Shown here one piece after another: positions 1 to 10,414 of a stretch of 64,000 bases of DNA. The number at the start of each line of letters is the position of its first letter. The first letter of the stretch is position 1. The notes beneath the pieces were generated by a model. The model ran no database searches, was not told the origin of the DNA, and worked only from the letters and a program-made list of their open reading frames with translations. Made by a program: the position numbers and the translations under genes. Source of the DNA: Candidatus Zhuqueibacterota bacterium (lineage in GTDB: Bacteria; Zhuqueibacterota; Zhuqueibacteria; Thermofontimicrobiales; Thermofontimicrobiaceae); NCBI GenBank assembly GCA_049322915.1, contig JBMOPW010000014.1, positions 96,001 to 160,000 on the forward strand. The letters run 5' to 3'.

Positions 1-1
1 C

Positions 2-679
2 GCGCTTTCGCTGGCGCCCAGTTCCATGGTGCTGCAACTATGCCTGGAGAAGGGCGGGCGTTTTGTGAACGCGGATAACTGGATGCCAAAAATCGCAGCG
101 TTCGGGAATCCGGATTTGAACAATGCCCAGCTCGACCTGCCCTTTGCGGAGAAAGAAGTTGAGAGCGTGGAATTGTTGTATCCCGATGTGACAGCGTATC
201 TGCGGGGAAAAGCAACGGAGACGCAATTCATACAATCGAGCCGGCAATCGCAGGTCGTTCTGATGTCCTGCCACGGTGAGTTTGACGCGGCAAATCCCTT
301 ATTCTCTTCCCTGCTCCTGGCTCCGGACCAGACCAATGATGGACGATTGGAAGCGCATGAAATTTTCGGGCTGGAGATGGATAGCTATCTCATTGCCATG
401 AGCGCCTGTGAAACAGGGATGGCCTCGATTTCGGTGGGCGATGAAGTGATCGGATTGTCGCGCAGTTTCATTTATGCCGGCGCGTCATCGCTGTTATCCA
501 GTCTGTGGAAGGTCGATGATCTGGCCACCGCCGTGATGGTGAAGCGCTTTTTCCGCTATTTGAAAGAAGGAAAATCGCGGGCCGAATCCCTGAGGCTGGC
601 CATGAATTTCGTCAGTTCCACCATCAACGCGCATCCGGCGTACTGGGCGGCGTTTAATTTGACCGGCGATTTCAGATAA
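2..679 (+). CDS. CHAT-domain (caspase-like) protein, C-terminal part; 5' end outside window
   Basis: Frame open from base 2; CHAT motifs FGNP, LPFAEKEV, SCHG (catalytic His), SACETG (catalytic Cys), SLWKVDD, HPAYWAAF. Confidence 0.9.
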   Translation, partial: ALSLAPSSMVLQLCLEKGGRFVNADNWMPKIAAFGNPDLNNAQLDLPFAEKEVESVELLYPDVTAYLRGKATETQFIQSSRQSQVVLMSCHGEFDAANPLFSSLLLAPDQTNDGRLEAHEIFGLEMDSYLIAMSACETGMASISVGDEVIGLSRSFIYAGASSLLSSLWKVDDLATAVMVKRFFRYLKEGKSRAESLRLAMNFVSSTINAHPAYWAAFNLTGDFR

Positions 680-1092
680 ATCGAAGCTGATTCCATCGGC
701 TCGGTTTCAGCAACGCCCCGGGGAAGCTATTGTATGGATCCCCGGCAACTTAGCCGTAACTGGTACACGGCATGGTGCTAACCGTAATTACACTTTGAAC
801 GGAAAGAGTTCATCTTTCTGTTTTTCATTTCTGACCATGTGCTTCGTCACGCGATGTTTTGCTGGTCATTCTTCTTATGAATTCCCGCTACAAATTACTT
901 CAACTCCCTGCACTCTGGCAACATGAAAAAATCTTCCAAATATAAGATTCTATTGCACTGAAATGGTTAACATTTCGCGGCTGCGTGTCGATACATAGAG
1001 GTGAGGTAAATCCCATTGGGAATCGGCCTCGGCGCTAGGGTGTAATTCCACGAATCGCACTATTAGCCGGAGACGATTTCCTGAAACGAAAA

Positions 1093-2591
1093 TTGCCAAG
1101 CCAGGTCAAGGCCGCTATGCATCAATATTCAAAATCATCTTCTGATGTGAAGTATCATTCAGCGTCAAAGACGATATTTGCCACCGGCGGTATTTGGGAC
1201 GATAGTTTTGTGAACGACCGCAACGCCTGCGTCGGCATTGAACTGGGCGCCACCGGGATCAAGCTCGCTGCCTTGTGGAAATTGAATACGTGCATAGAAC
1301 TGGTGAATTGGGGAATTTATGAGTTGCCGGATAATACCTACTCCTCAAACATCCAGAGCAATATGGCGGCCCTGGAGACGCTTCTTGATAAGCTGAAAGT
1401 CAAGCGACTCAGGGCGGCCCTCGCATTGAATAATGGCGTGTTTCTCCAGTATGTTGCCATGCCGGTTCTTTCGGATGCCAAATTTATTTCCCGCGTTCCG
1501 GTGTATGTTAGTCCCGGTTACCTCGGCAATGGCGAAAAAGACATCTATTACGCAAAGCCATATAGCATCACGCGGGACAGCGCCGGCACTGTGTTGAAAG
1601 AAGGCCTGGCGATCATCGTCGATGAGAGATATTTCGCGCACACAGTTGAGTCCGCAAAAAAGCATGCGATCAATGTCATTCGGGTGGAGCCATCGTGCCT
1701 GGCGTTCGTGGATCTCTTTGCCGTTCCGCTGAACTATCTGGAGCCGTTTTGTGTGATCGATTTAGGCGCTTCGTCAGTTCGGATCACCATCGTTCAGAAC
1801 AAGAAAATTATCTTTCACAGAACAGCGTATTCGATTGATCGGGCCTCGATAAATTCATTCATCAAAGCATTGGGGCCGATGTTGAAACAGGAAATGTACT
1901 TACGAAAATCAAGCTACATGAATCGGTGGATCAGGCGCAGTTTGTCATGCAGGCAAATCGGCTGGCTTCGGCCATCGGGGCTGCCAGAAATGAATTGCTG
2001 AACGAAGGGAAATGCAACATCAACTTAATTGGTGGAAACATGTCAAAAGAAAAACAGGAGCAAAAAACGTGGAAGGCAGCGGCGATTTTATTGATCATTC
2101 TGCTGACAGGCTTCTTCATCGGACAAAACCTGCGGGCGCGGAATAAGGTGTATAGTGAGAACATCATTGCCGGCAGTCGCATTTTGAACGAATTGCAGAA
2201 TAAAATAGATACCCGATTGGACGCAAAGGCACAAGTCGCTGCGGATGTCCCGGGGGTCAATCGGCCGCAGGCGCTGCGCATGAGTCAAATTCTTCAGCAG
2301 GTCGGCAAGGAAGCCCCCTCATCCCTGTGGTTGGAGAGCATTCAACTGGAAACGGAGAAAGTTGGATCCAGAAGCAATCTGGTTAAAATTTCGACATCGC
2401 CGGACAGGCAGAAGTCCGAGAAAGAAATACTTTATTTCGACGGCCGCGCTGTGGATCGGGAAGCGATCAAAAATTTTCTGCATCAGGTTGAAGGAACCAA
2501 CCAATGGGAGAAAGTGACGCTCTCCCATATTGAGTGGATTGGGTCGAATCAAAATGGAATTTGGGAATTCACTATTCAGCTCATCCGTTGA
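1093..2591 (+). pseudogene. PilM-PilN-like (type IV pilus/T2SS alignment) gene with internal deletion and frameshift near 1830-1839
   Basis: First frame has PilM motifs VGIELG and CVIDLGASS...FHR. A second frame opening at 1839 reads SGLDKFIHQSIGADVETGN...RLASAIGAAR (PilM C-terminus) directly into NINLI, a TM helix and a PilN-like domain (PSSLWLESI...DGRA). Confidence 0.7.
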
Positions 2592-2652
2592 AATGACTGA
2601 GTGTTCCATAGTCACGGGGAGTTACATTCTGCTCGGAAAAAGGAAAAATGTG

Positions 2653-3153
2653 ATGAGAAAAAAAGTAATACGTTTGAGTGTGTCAATCGTGGGGATTATA
2701 GCTTTCATTGCATGGAGCATAATACCGCAGGCAATAACATTGAGACAACAGAAACAGGAAGTCCTACAATTAGAAGAACAGATAACGGACAAATTTCAGG
2801 AGCTTAAAGCATTGGAACAGGTAAGAATGAAGGTCAATAAAACTGCTGATCTCAAAAGGACGTCACAGGATGACATCGCATCTCTGGAAAAAATATTGAC
2901 AACAAAAGAAAATTTTCCGGATATCAAATTTGAATCGGTTCAAATTTTTGAACCAGGCAATGGCAACAATGTGGTGACTAAAAAATACCCCATTAAGATG
3001 AAGATGAAAGCGCAGTTCAGTAAAATAGGGGAATACCTGGTTTACCTGGAAAGTTCTTTTTCAGCCATACAAATTGACAAGCTGGATGTTTTCCCGGTGG
3101 TCGAGGATAAAAATCTGATTTGCGCGAATTTATCGGGTTGGGTAAGTTTTTAA
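2653..3153 (+). CDS. PilO/GspM-like inner-membrane pilus assembly protein
   Basis: N-terminal TM, coiled coil, C-terminal ferredoxin-like pattern (YPIKMKMKAQFSKIGEYLVYLE); follows PilN-like ORF. Confidence 0.65.
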   Translation: MRKKVIRLSVSIVGIIAFIAWSIIPQAITLRQQKQEVLQLEEQITDKFQELKALEQVRMKVNKTADLKRTSQDDIASLEKILTTKENFPDIKFESVQIFEPGNGNNVVTKKYPIKMKMKAQFSKIGEYLVYLESSFSAIQIDKLDVFPVVEDKNLICANLSGWVSF

Positions 3154-3191
3154 CGCACGTGATAAAAACGATGGTATTTTAAAGGTGCTCC

Positions 3192-3680
3192 ATGAAAGGT
3201 AATGCAGGAAAATTAGTTGAATTCATATTGCGGCCAGCCCTGTGTCAGGGCTGGCTGATGATTTTCAGCGTTATGATGCTTATTACGCAAAGTGCGGCGC
3301 AGGATGCAGGGAAAGACAGTGCAGCCACGGCCCCACTCAGCGTGGCTGAGAATGACTCGGATATTGTGCTGTCTGATTTGGAATTTCATGTGCAGGAAAT
3401 CCTGTCGGAGGAGTGCTGGGGACGAAATCCGTTTTTGCCCTATGCCAATCTGCAGGCCGCGCATGTTAGCCGGCTGAATCCTGTCCAGGCCGGAGTGAAT
3501 GATAAGGTGTTCGTGCTGGAAAAAATCCATTGGAATCGAGGCGGACGATCGGCGATTATCAACCATAAAAAATTGGCGACGGGCGATGCGCTCAATGACT
3601 ACACGGTGGTTTACATTGGCGAGGCGGTTGTCATTCTCCAATTGAAAGATGATTATGTTGTGCTTTCGTTGAATGAATAG
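3192..3680 (+). CDS. PilP/MshK-like small periplasmic pilus protein
   Basis: Hydrophobic N-terminus, GRNPF motif, SAIINHKKLATGD...VVYIGEAVVIL pattern; operon position. Confidence 0.55.
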   Translation: MKGNAGKLVEFILRPALCQGWLMIFSVMMLITQSAAQDAGKDSAATAPLSVAENDSDIVLSDLEFHVQEILSEECWGRNPFLPYANLQAAHVSRLNPVQAGVNDKVFVLEKIHWNRGGRSAIINHKKLATGDALNDYTVVYIGEAVVILQLKDDYVVLSLNE

Positions 3681-3699
3681 AAAGTGAACGGAAGAACCA

Positions 3700-4782
3700 A
3701 TGGCATCTCAGCATGATAGCGATAAAAGCGCTTCCAGTAAGAAATTCGACTATTTCGAAAAGTTCGAAGACCTCTGCCGGATCTATGAAGTCGGCTGCAA
3801 TTTAATCGACAAAGTGAACGACCAGCAGGGACTGATGGACGCCATACTGGACGAGTACATACACCGATTGAATGAAATTCCCGGGCAGGACATCAATCAG
3901 ATCAACAAGGAAAACAGCGATTCCGAAATGAGAAGCAAGCTGAAATCGCTTGTCATGTTTGCAACTCAGGCAGTAGCGCTCAGGGAAAAGGCCATTCTCT
4001 ACAAAGAGCTCGAATTGAAAAATGATCAATTGATTCGGACGAATCAGCAATTATTGGAGAAAAATGAACAGCTCATTTTGTTGAACGAACACTATCTGAA
4101 TATGCTGTCCTTTGTATCGCATGAGTTGAGAAGTCCGTTGATTTCGGTGCTGGGTTACACGGAATTATTGAATGACAACTTGCTGGGTGAGATAAATAAA
4201 GATCAGAATGATGCGCTACAGGTTATCCGGCGGATTGTCAAAAACCTGCTGAACATGATAAAAAATTATCTTGACCTGTCCAAGATGGAGGTCGGCAAGG
4301 TCAGGCTGCACCGGGAACGATGCAATCTGACGAGCAGTATTATTGAACCTGTTCTTGTGGAGATGAAAGAACAGTTCTCGCAGAAAGAGATGACAATCAT
4401 CTGCGCCTCGGCACAGGCAAAGACCAGCTATCCGATTACCGTGGACCGCGAGATGATGAAAGCAGTCTTCACCAATGTGTTCAGCAATGCGATCAAATAT
4501 GGCACGCGCGGAAGTGAAATTTCATACTCCATCAACGGCGATGATGAATATCATACAATCGAAGTTTTCAATCATGGCCCGGGCGTGTCTCACGACAAGC
4601 TGGATAAACTGTTCGAAAAATTTTCCCGATTCAGCGAATCGTTCGATGCGGAGTCCGGAAGAGGCGCCGGATTGGGCCTGTTTATTTCGAAGACCATTGT
4701 TGAGATGCACCACGGCGAAGTGCACGCTGATTCCAGAAAGGGCGAATGGTTCAAGATTATCATCCAATTGCCAAAGTATTGA
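3700..4782 (+). CDS. Cytoplasmic sensor histidine kinase (HisKA + HATPase_c)
   Basis: H-box SHELRSPL, N-box NVFSNAIKY, G1 NHGPG, G2 GAGLGL; no TM segment. Confidence 0.93.
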   Translation: MASQHDSDKSASSKKFDYFEKFEDLCRIYEVGCNLIDKVNDQQGLMDAILDEYIHRLNEIPGQDINQINKENSDSEMRSKLKSLVMFATQAVALREKAILYKELELKNDQLIRTNQQLLEKNEQLILLNEHYLNMLSFVSHELRSPLISVLGYTELLNDNLLGEINKDQNDALQVIRRIVKNLLNMIKNYLDLSKMEVGKVRLHRERCNLTSSIIEPVLVEMKEQFSQKEMTIICASAQAKTSYPITVDREMMKAVFTNVFSNAIKYGTRGSEISYSINGDDEYHTIEVFNHGPGVSHDKLDKLFEKFSRFSESFDAESGRGAGLGLFISKTIVEMHHGEVHADSRKGEWFKIIIQLPKY

Positions 4783-4874
4783 AATGAAGCTTGTTTTGGG
4801 GACTGCGCCACGGAATTCGCCAATGGTTCCTGGCGGAAAAGCGTGAGACAAGGCCAGGGCTGCAACGACGGGAA

Positions 4875-6383
4875 ATGATGACTCATAAGAGGAACTTTAC
4901 GGTGAAACAGCGACGAGTATTTATCATAGATGATGATACGGCGACATTGGAATTGTTGAAAAATGTATTCGAGGGAGAGAATTATTTTGTCGTCATCGAC
5001 GAGGGCAAAAAAGACGTCTGTGGGCGAATTAAAAAATGCGAGCCGGATATTATTTTGCTCGATCTGCTCATGCCTGAAAATAATGGACTGGAAATTTACA
5101 AGGAATTGCGCCAGGATCCTGCGTGTGTCTCGATTCCAGTCGTGGTACTCACATCGCATCAAAATTTCAATAGCAAAATTGAACTGTTGAGAGAAGGCGT
5201 GCTGGATTATATTTACAAGCCATTTCGAAAACAGGAGTTATTGTATCGCGTCAAAAATTATATTGCCTATTGTTCTCCTGGACAGAAGACGATCACGGAC
5301 GACGAACTCTTATTTAATCAATTGAAGGAAATTCTGTCGCATCGGAACGTGGTGTGGATCGAGCCCAACGTCGACAAGACGAGTCTGAACGGCTATGTTT
5401 ATCCCGACGTTCAGATTGTCATGAACCATTCGGCGCCGAGCAGGGAACGCGAGCTACTGGAAAAGTGGGTGAGTGACGGTAAAATGCAAAAACATCTCGT
5501 TGATGTAATTGAACTGTGTCCTGTATGCTCGCATTATACGGTATCCTTACGCAACGTGTGTCCGCAATGCCATTCCGTGAATTTCAGCCGGAATAATGTT
5601 GGAAAAATGCAACCGGAGCAATCGGACAGGACGCTGAGGGAAGCGCCCTCCTTTGAATGTAATGAATGCAGGACGGCATTTGAGTCCCCTTCAATAGGGT
5701 GTCATTGCCTGAATTGCAATGAAAAATTTGGCCATGAAAAGATCATCGCGCAGAGAATTTACAAATACAAAATAGTCGATAATGCGGCAGATGCTGTTGC
5801 TGAACCTGAGAAAGCGCAGGACGAACAGGTTCTGGCGCAGGGGCTATCTCGCCCCAAACGTGTCGATCAACTGCCGGAGTCCATTGGACTGCAACCTGAA
5901 TGTCTGATTGTGGATTGCATTCCAAAGGCCTTTGCACAGGCTCAGGTCGATTACATCGGGTATCCTCAGTTGAAAGAACATCTATCGAAGCTGATCAAAA
6001 ATGCAGCGCCGGATGGTACGAATATCACAGTTATGTCGTTGGGAATAGAGAAGCTGGAAAGTTATTATCGCCGATACAATGCGGAGATTATGGTGCGGCT
6101 CTTCAAAAATATCATTGCTGTGATTCGCAGCCATGTCCGGAATTTTGATGTTCTGAGTTACAGCGCCGACCAAAAACACATCTTGCTCTTGCTGCCGAAT
6201 ACGCATCTCACACTGGCCAAAATTATAGCAGATAGAATTCAGAGCCGGCTGAGCAGAATTCAATCTACATTTCAACTGGAGATACAGCTTGCCAGCTATC
6301 CTCAGGATGGCCGCAACGCGGACGAAATTCTCACAATGATGGAGATGGGAATTGAAAAAATCAACTCTGATGTCATTGTCTGA
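4875..6383 (+). CDS. Response regulator: REC + multi-CxxC Zn-ribbon (TackOD1-like) + degenerate GGDEF-like domain
   Basis: REC residues IIDDD, LLDLLMP, LTS, KPF intact; GYVYP followed by CPVC, CPQC, CNEC, CLNC; C-terminal GGDEF-fold pattern (RNFDVL...LLLPNT...ASYPQDG) lacking GG(D/E)EF. Start chosen at ATG 4875. Confidence 0.8.
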   Translation: MMTHKRNFTVKQRRVFIIDDDTATLELLKNVFEGENYFVVIDEGKKDVCGRIKKCEPDIILLDLLMPENNGLEIYKELRQDPACVSIPVVVLTSHQNFNSKIELLREGVLDYIYKPFRKQELLYRVKNYIAYCSPGQKTITDDELLFNQLKEILSHRNVVWIEPNVDKTSLNGYVYPDVQIVMNHSAPSRERELLEKWVSDGKMQKHLVDVIELCPVCSHYTVSLRNVCPQCHSVNFSRNNVGKMQPEQSDRTLREAPSFECNECRTAFESPSIGCHCLNCNEKFGHEKIIAQRIYKYKIVDNAADAVAEPEKAQDEQVLAQGLSRPKRVDQLPESIGLQPECLIVDCIPKAFAQAQVDYIGYPQLKEHLSKLIKNAAPDGTNITVMSLGIEKLESYYRRYNAEIMVRLFKNIIAVIRSHVRNFDVLSYSADQKHILLLLPNTHLTLAKIIADRIQSRLSRIQSTFQLEIQLASYPQDGRNADEILTMMEMGIEKINSDVIV

Positions 6384-6739
6384 TCACCTTTCCGGGCCGA
6401 CTCGATGCGCTCCGAGTTGCGTGCACCATTGCGCCGATCAACTGGAGTCGAAAATCCATCCACGCGGTTAACCTGGTCTCACCTCAGTGGAGATTTTTTC
6501 TTTGCACCGGCCAATTCATAAAATCACTGCCAGGTACAAAACCGGCACTTGTTTTCTTATTGAGCTACAGTTAAACCCGCCGTTCACTTCTACGTGTTCA
6601 ATGCCTGCCAGGCTGCAAATATGAACTACTTTTTACTTTGAATTCAACAATAATTTTTGTACATTGTTTCGCCGTTGCCTTGAATGGGATGGTAGCTGTC
6701 AATGCGTGGCAGGATGCTAATATTTTTCAGCGACGATCG

Positions 6740-7642
6740 ATGATGACTTCAACAGAACGAATTGCGGTGATTGGGGCCGGCCGGTTGGGAGCAGCGCTAT
6801 CCAAGGCGCTTGCCCGACTTCCGCATTTTCGCGTTTCGAGCATCATCGACAAAGATATCCAACGCGCCGCCAACTGTGCCCGCCAGGTGAATGCATCACA
6901 TTTTTCAGATACAATATCAGAATTAAAATCCGTTGATCTTATTTTTGTGGCTGTTTCTGATGATGCCATCCCCCTGGTCGCTGACGACCTGGTCACGCTG
7001 GCTCGCGGAACAAAAATTGCCCATTTTGTCTTTCATACGTCCGGCGCTCTGTCGATGGATGTGTTCAATGGATTGCGGCCATTCGATATTGAAATTGGCA
7101 GCCTGCACCCTATCCAGACTTTTGCCGGTCGTTCGGATGAGGCAGCAAAACTTCAGCACATCTATTTTGGCATTGAGGGCACTGAAAAAGGGATTGCCCG
7201 GTTAATCGAAATGGTCACTGCGCTGAACTCGAACTATCTGGTCATTCCAGCCGATGAGAAGCCATTGTACCACGCGGCGTGCCTGTTTGCATCCAATTAT
7301 GTGGTTGCATTGATGAAACCAGTCGTGGCAATTTTCAATCACCTGGGTTTTGATGAAATGGAGAGCCAATCGATTGTCTATCCGCTCGCGTTGAACACAC
7401 TTGAAAACATGAAAGAGAATGGATTGGGGGCGGCGCTGACCGGGCCGTTGTCGCGAGGTGACATAGGCACTATTACCAGGCATATTCAATTAATTAAAAA
7501 ACATTTCCCTGAATACGAAGCTGCTTACAAAGAATTAGGGCGGATTGCCCTGAAATTTAAATCGGTCCAGACGGCGCTTCCGGCAGAGGTCTTCAGGCAA
7601 ATACGACAACTTTTGAGCGACAAGGATGAAGACGATGATTGA
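6740..7642 (+). CDS. Rossmann-like + DUF2520 oxidoreductase (PanG-like ketopantoate reductase candidate)
   Basis: IGAGRLG, HTSGA, HPIQTF, YHAAC..ASNY, ALTGPLSRGD..T...H. Confidence 0.85.
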   Translation: MMTSTERIAVIGAGRLGAALSKALARLPHFRVSSIIDKDIQRAANCARQVNASHFSDTISELKSVDLIFVAVSDDAIPLVADDLVTLARGTKIAHFVFHTSGALSMDVFNGLRPFDIEIGSLHPIQTFAGRSDEAAKLQHIYFGIEGTEKGIARLIEMVTALNSNYLVIPADEKPLYHAACLFASNYVVALMKPVVAIFNHLGFDEMESQSIVYPLALNTLENMKENGLGAALTGPLSRGDIGTITRHIQLIKKHFPEYEAAYKELGRIALKFKSVQTALPAEVFRQIRQLLSDKDEDDD

Positions 7643-8438
7643 GACATTGGCTGACTATCACATTCATACATCATTTTGCAATCATGCATCCGGAACGATG
7701 CGGCAGTATGTCGAATCCGCCATTCAAACGGGCCTGCGTGAAATGGGATTTTCCGATCACAATCCGTTTCTCGATAATTACGTGAGCGCGTATCGCATGC
7801 GTCCCCAGGATTTTGAAATCTACATGAACACGATTGAAGAATTGCAGGAAACCTTCCCGGAGATTGCAATTAAAAAAGGGATCGAACTCGATTTTATCCC
7901 CAGCGCCATGGATTATATCGAGGCTTTTTCCAAAAAGTATCCGTTCGATTATATCATCGGGAGCGTTCATTATCTGGAGTTGAATGGGCTGAAACACGTC
8001 ACCTATCTCAATGATCTGAAAGAAAGGAACTTGCCCGATTTGTTCAGGAAGTATTTTAACTCGATTGCCCGGGCAGCGAGCACGGGTATTTTTAATATCA
8101 TTGCTCATTTCGATTTGCCGCGACGATTTTGGGGCGATCTGCCGGCCGAGAGTTATCGCGATGCAGAAAATGCCCTGCGCGCCATCAAAGAACATGATGT
8201 ATCTGTGGAAATTAACACCTCCGGATTCCGGACAAAACATATCGAAGAGCCGTTTCCGGGCAACCATATTCTGGAAATGGTGAAGCAGATGGAAATCCCG
8301 ATCACCCTGGGTTCGGACTCTCACACCCCGGACGATGTGGCGAGTTATTTTTCTGAGACCGTTATCATGTTGAAAAGTCTCGGTTTTAAATATATCAATA
8401 AATTTTCCAGTCAAAAAAGATCGATTGTTCCTCTTTAA
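7626..8438 (+). CDS. PHP-family histidinol-phosphatase (HisJ/HisK-like)
   Basis: DYHIHT, GFSDH, GIE, IGSVH, AHFD, EINTSG, GSDSH metal ligands. Confidence 0.88.
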   Translation: MKTMIETLADYHIHTSFCNHASGTMRQYVESAIQTGLREMGFSDHNPFLDNYVSAYRMRPQDFEIYMNTIEELQETFPEIAIKKGIELDFIPSAMDYIEAFSKKYPFDYIIGSVHYLELNGLKHVTYLNDLKERNLPDLFRKYFNSIARAASTGIFNIIAHFDLPRRFWGDLPAESYRDAENALRAIKEHDVSVEINTSGFRTKHIEEPFPGNHILEMVKQMEIPITLGSDSHTPDDVASYFSETVIMLKSLGFKYINKFSSQKRSIVPL

Positions 8439-8467
8439 CAAGAGTGAATCATCATTTTGGAGGGAGT

Positions 8468-10330
8468 ATGTTTGTACGAAAGATAGTGCCGTTTTTTCTC
8501 ATAGCTTTTATCCTCTTCAGTTGCTCGAAACAGGTGGACACCCTGGTGGATTGGCGTCCATCCCAGCCTAAAGCCGGCGATGCAGTGACAATTCATTTCC
8601 ATCCAAAGAAGTCGGAACATCTCAGCGCCAACACGGATTCACTGTATATTGTGTATCAAATTCAAAATACGCTGCGGGAGCAGATATCCCGTGCGCCGAT
8701 GAGCCTTCGGAATGGTGTATGGACAACCGAAATTCAAACCGGCTCGGAGTTCCTGGTCCTGAATTTCAAGTTTGAAGACAATCAGGGCCGCGCTGAAGAC
8801 AATGCCGGAAAAAGGTGGTCGATTTTTCTTCGCGATTCAGATGGACGCGTTCAAAAAGATAGCCATTACCTGGTTGGCGATTTCCTCAACCGAATGGATC
8901 CCACGCAATACGCATTTAGCAGCGCCTATGCCATGGCAGAGTTCGAAAAAGAACTCGAGCGATACCCCCTGAATTACAGCGTCTGGTTCGATTTCTGGTT
9001 CACCCAATTGATGAATACAGAACAGAAAATGGCGACCCTGGCGCGCATCAGACATCAATTCGATAGTCTCAGGACGACTGCTCAGGATAATCCCGAATTC
9101 CTTCATCTTGGATTCCGGACGAATTCGATGTTGCTCAAAGATATTCCAACAGCCATCGGATTTGGGGAACGGCTCGTGGCAGAGTACAAAGAATATCCTC
9201 AGGCTGAAGAGACAGCGCTTTCGCTCATTTACCTGAAACACGGGGGATCGGTGACTGACGTTGTCGCCGGCCTGAAGAAGTTGGCGGAGTCGGCAAAGGA
9301 CGAGAAAATTTTGAAAAGCCTGAACTATCAATTGGGCAACATTTTTCAGCAGCATCGGGATGTCGACAATGCAATTAAATATTTAAAACGGGTGATTGAA
9401 ATTGATAAAACCGAAATACCGGTTCGGTTGTCCCTTGCCCGGCTTTATCTTCAAAAAAAGGATTTTGATGCAGCGGACAGAATGATCCAACAGGCGGCGG
9501 CCAATTTCACAACGGACAATTTCATTCGATCAAATCCGTGGGAGCATCCCTCACAACGCTTATCATGGCTGAATTTGAATCGCTGCCAGGTTCATTCGAT
9601 GCGGGCCGCACTCGATTTTGAATTGGGTGAATACCACCAAGCCATTGAAAATCGAAAGATCACATTGTCGCTGGGAACGCCGTTCCCGGCATTCGAATGG
9701 ACACAAATCGGCGACGCTTACATGAAGACGAACGAAATGGATAGCGCCATGTTCGCCTATCTGCGGGCCGTGAGCATCAACAATGCCCAGGAAGACGCGA
9801 TTCAGTCTTTGAAAAATATCTATCAGAAAATGAATGGCGCGCCGGATCATTTTGAAGCGTGGATGCTGGAAGAAGTCGAGAAGATAAATAAGGCCGCAGC
9901 GAAGAAAGCGCCGGAGTTTGAACTGACTGATTTGGCAGGTGAGCGAGCTCGATTGGCTGACCAGCGGGGTAAGGTAGTCGTTCTGACCTTCTGGGATAGC
10001 TGGAGCCGGGAGTGTCAATTGGAGTTGCCGCAACTCAACACGCTGACCAATTCTTTCAAAGATGATCAGTCCGTTGTGTTCTGGGCCATCTCAGTGGAAG
10101 CCCCTGTTTCCGTGACGGCATTTATTAAAAAGAATCCCTTCACGTTCAGGTTGTTCCCATCAGGATTAGACGTGAAAAAAATGTACGAAATCATTGGCTA
10201 TCCAACTCATATAATCATCGATAAAAACGGCTCGATCCGATACACCCAAATCGGTTTTTCCGGGGATATCCATAACAAATTGCAACAGGAAATTCAGCGA
10301 TTGTCAGATGAAAATGAGGTCGCGTCCTGA
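8468..10330 (+). CDS. Lipoprotein with TPR repeats and C-terminal TlpA/redoxin domain (SxxC)
   Basis: GGGAG RBS, lipobox LFSC, TPR-like helices, APEFELTDLAG...GKVVVLTFWDSWSRECQLELP...GYPTHIIIDKNG. Confidence 0.8.
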   Translation: MFVRKIVPFFLIAFILFSCSKQVDTLVDWRPSQPKAGDAVTIHFHPKKSEHLSANTDSLYIVYQIQNTLREQISRAPMSLRNGVWTTEIQTGSEFLVLNFKFEDNQGRAEDNAGKRWSIFLRDSDGRVQKDSHYLVGDFLNRMDPTQYAFSSAYAMAEFEKELERYPLNYSVWFDFWFTQLMNTEQKMATLARIRHQFDSLRTTAQDNPEFLHLGFRTNSMLLKDIPTAIGFGERLVAEYKEYPQAEETALSLIYLKHGGSVTDVVAGLKKLAESAKDEKILKSLNYQLGNIFQQHRDVDNAIKYLKRVIEIDKTEIPVRLSLARLYLQKKDFDAADRMIQQAAANFTTDNFIRSNPWEHPSQRLSWLNLNRCQVHSMRAALDFELGEYHQAIENRKITLSLGTPFPAFEWTQIGDAYMKTNEMDSAMFAYLRAVSINNAQEDAIQSLKNIYQKMNGAPDHFEAWMLEEVEKINKAAAKKAPEFELTDLAGERARLADQRGKVVVLTFWDSWSRECQLELPQLNTLTNSFKDDQSVVFWAISVEAPVSVTAFIKKNPFTFRLFPSGLDVKKMYEIIGYPTHIIIDKNGSIRYTQIGFSGDIHNKLQQEIQRLSDENEVAS

Positions 10331-10414
10331 GGAATGATTCGTACCCATGAACTGTACGCGGGATGAGCACTGGCCGGATTTTCCCGGCGATTGAACCAAG
10401 AAAAATTGTTTGCG

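Noticed and set aside
2..679. CHAT protease as part of a defence or CRISPR-linked system
   Set aside because: Only the C-terminal domain is visible and no supporting neighbours lie in the window
10001..10015. Selenocysteine recoding at the TlpA active site
   Set aside because: The codon is AGC (Ser), not TGA, and the frame is open
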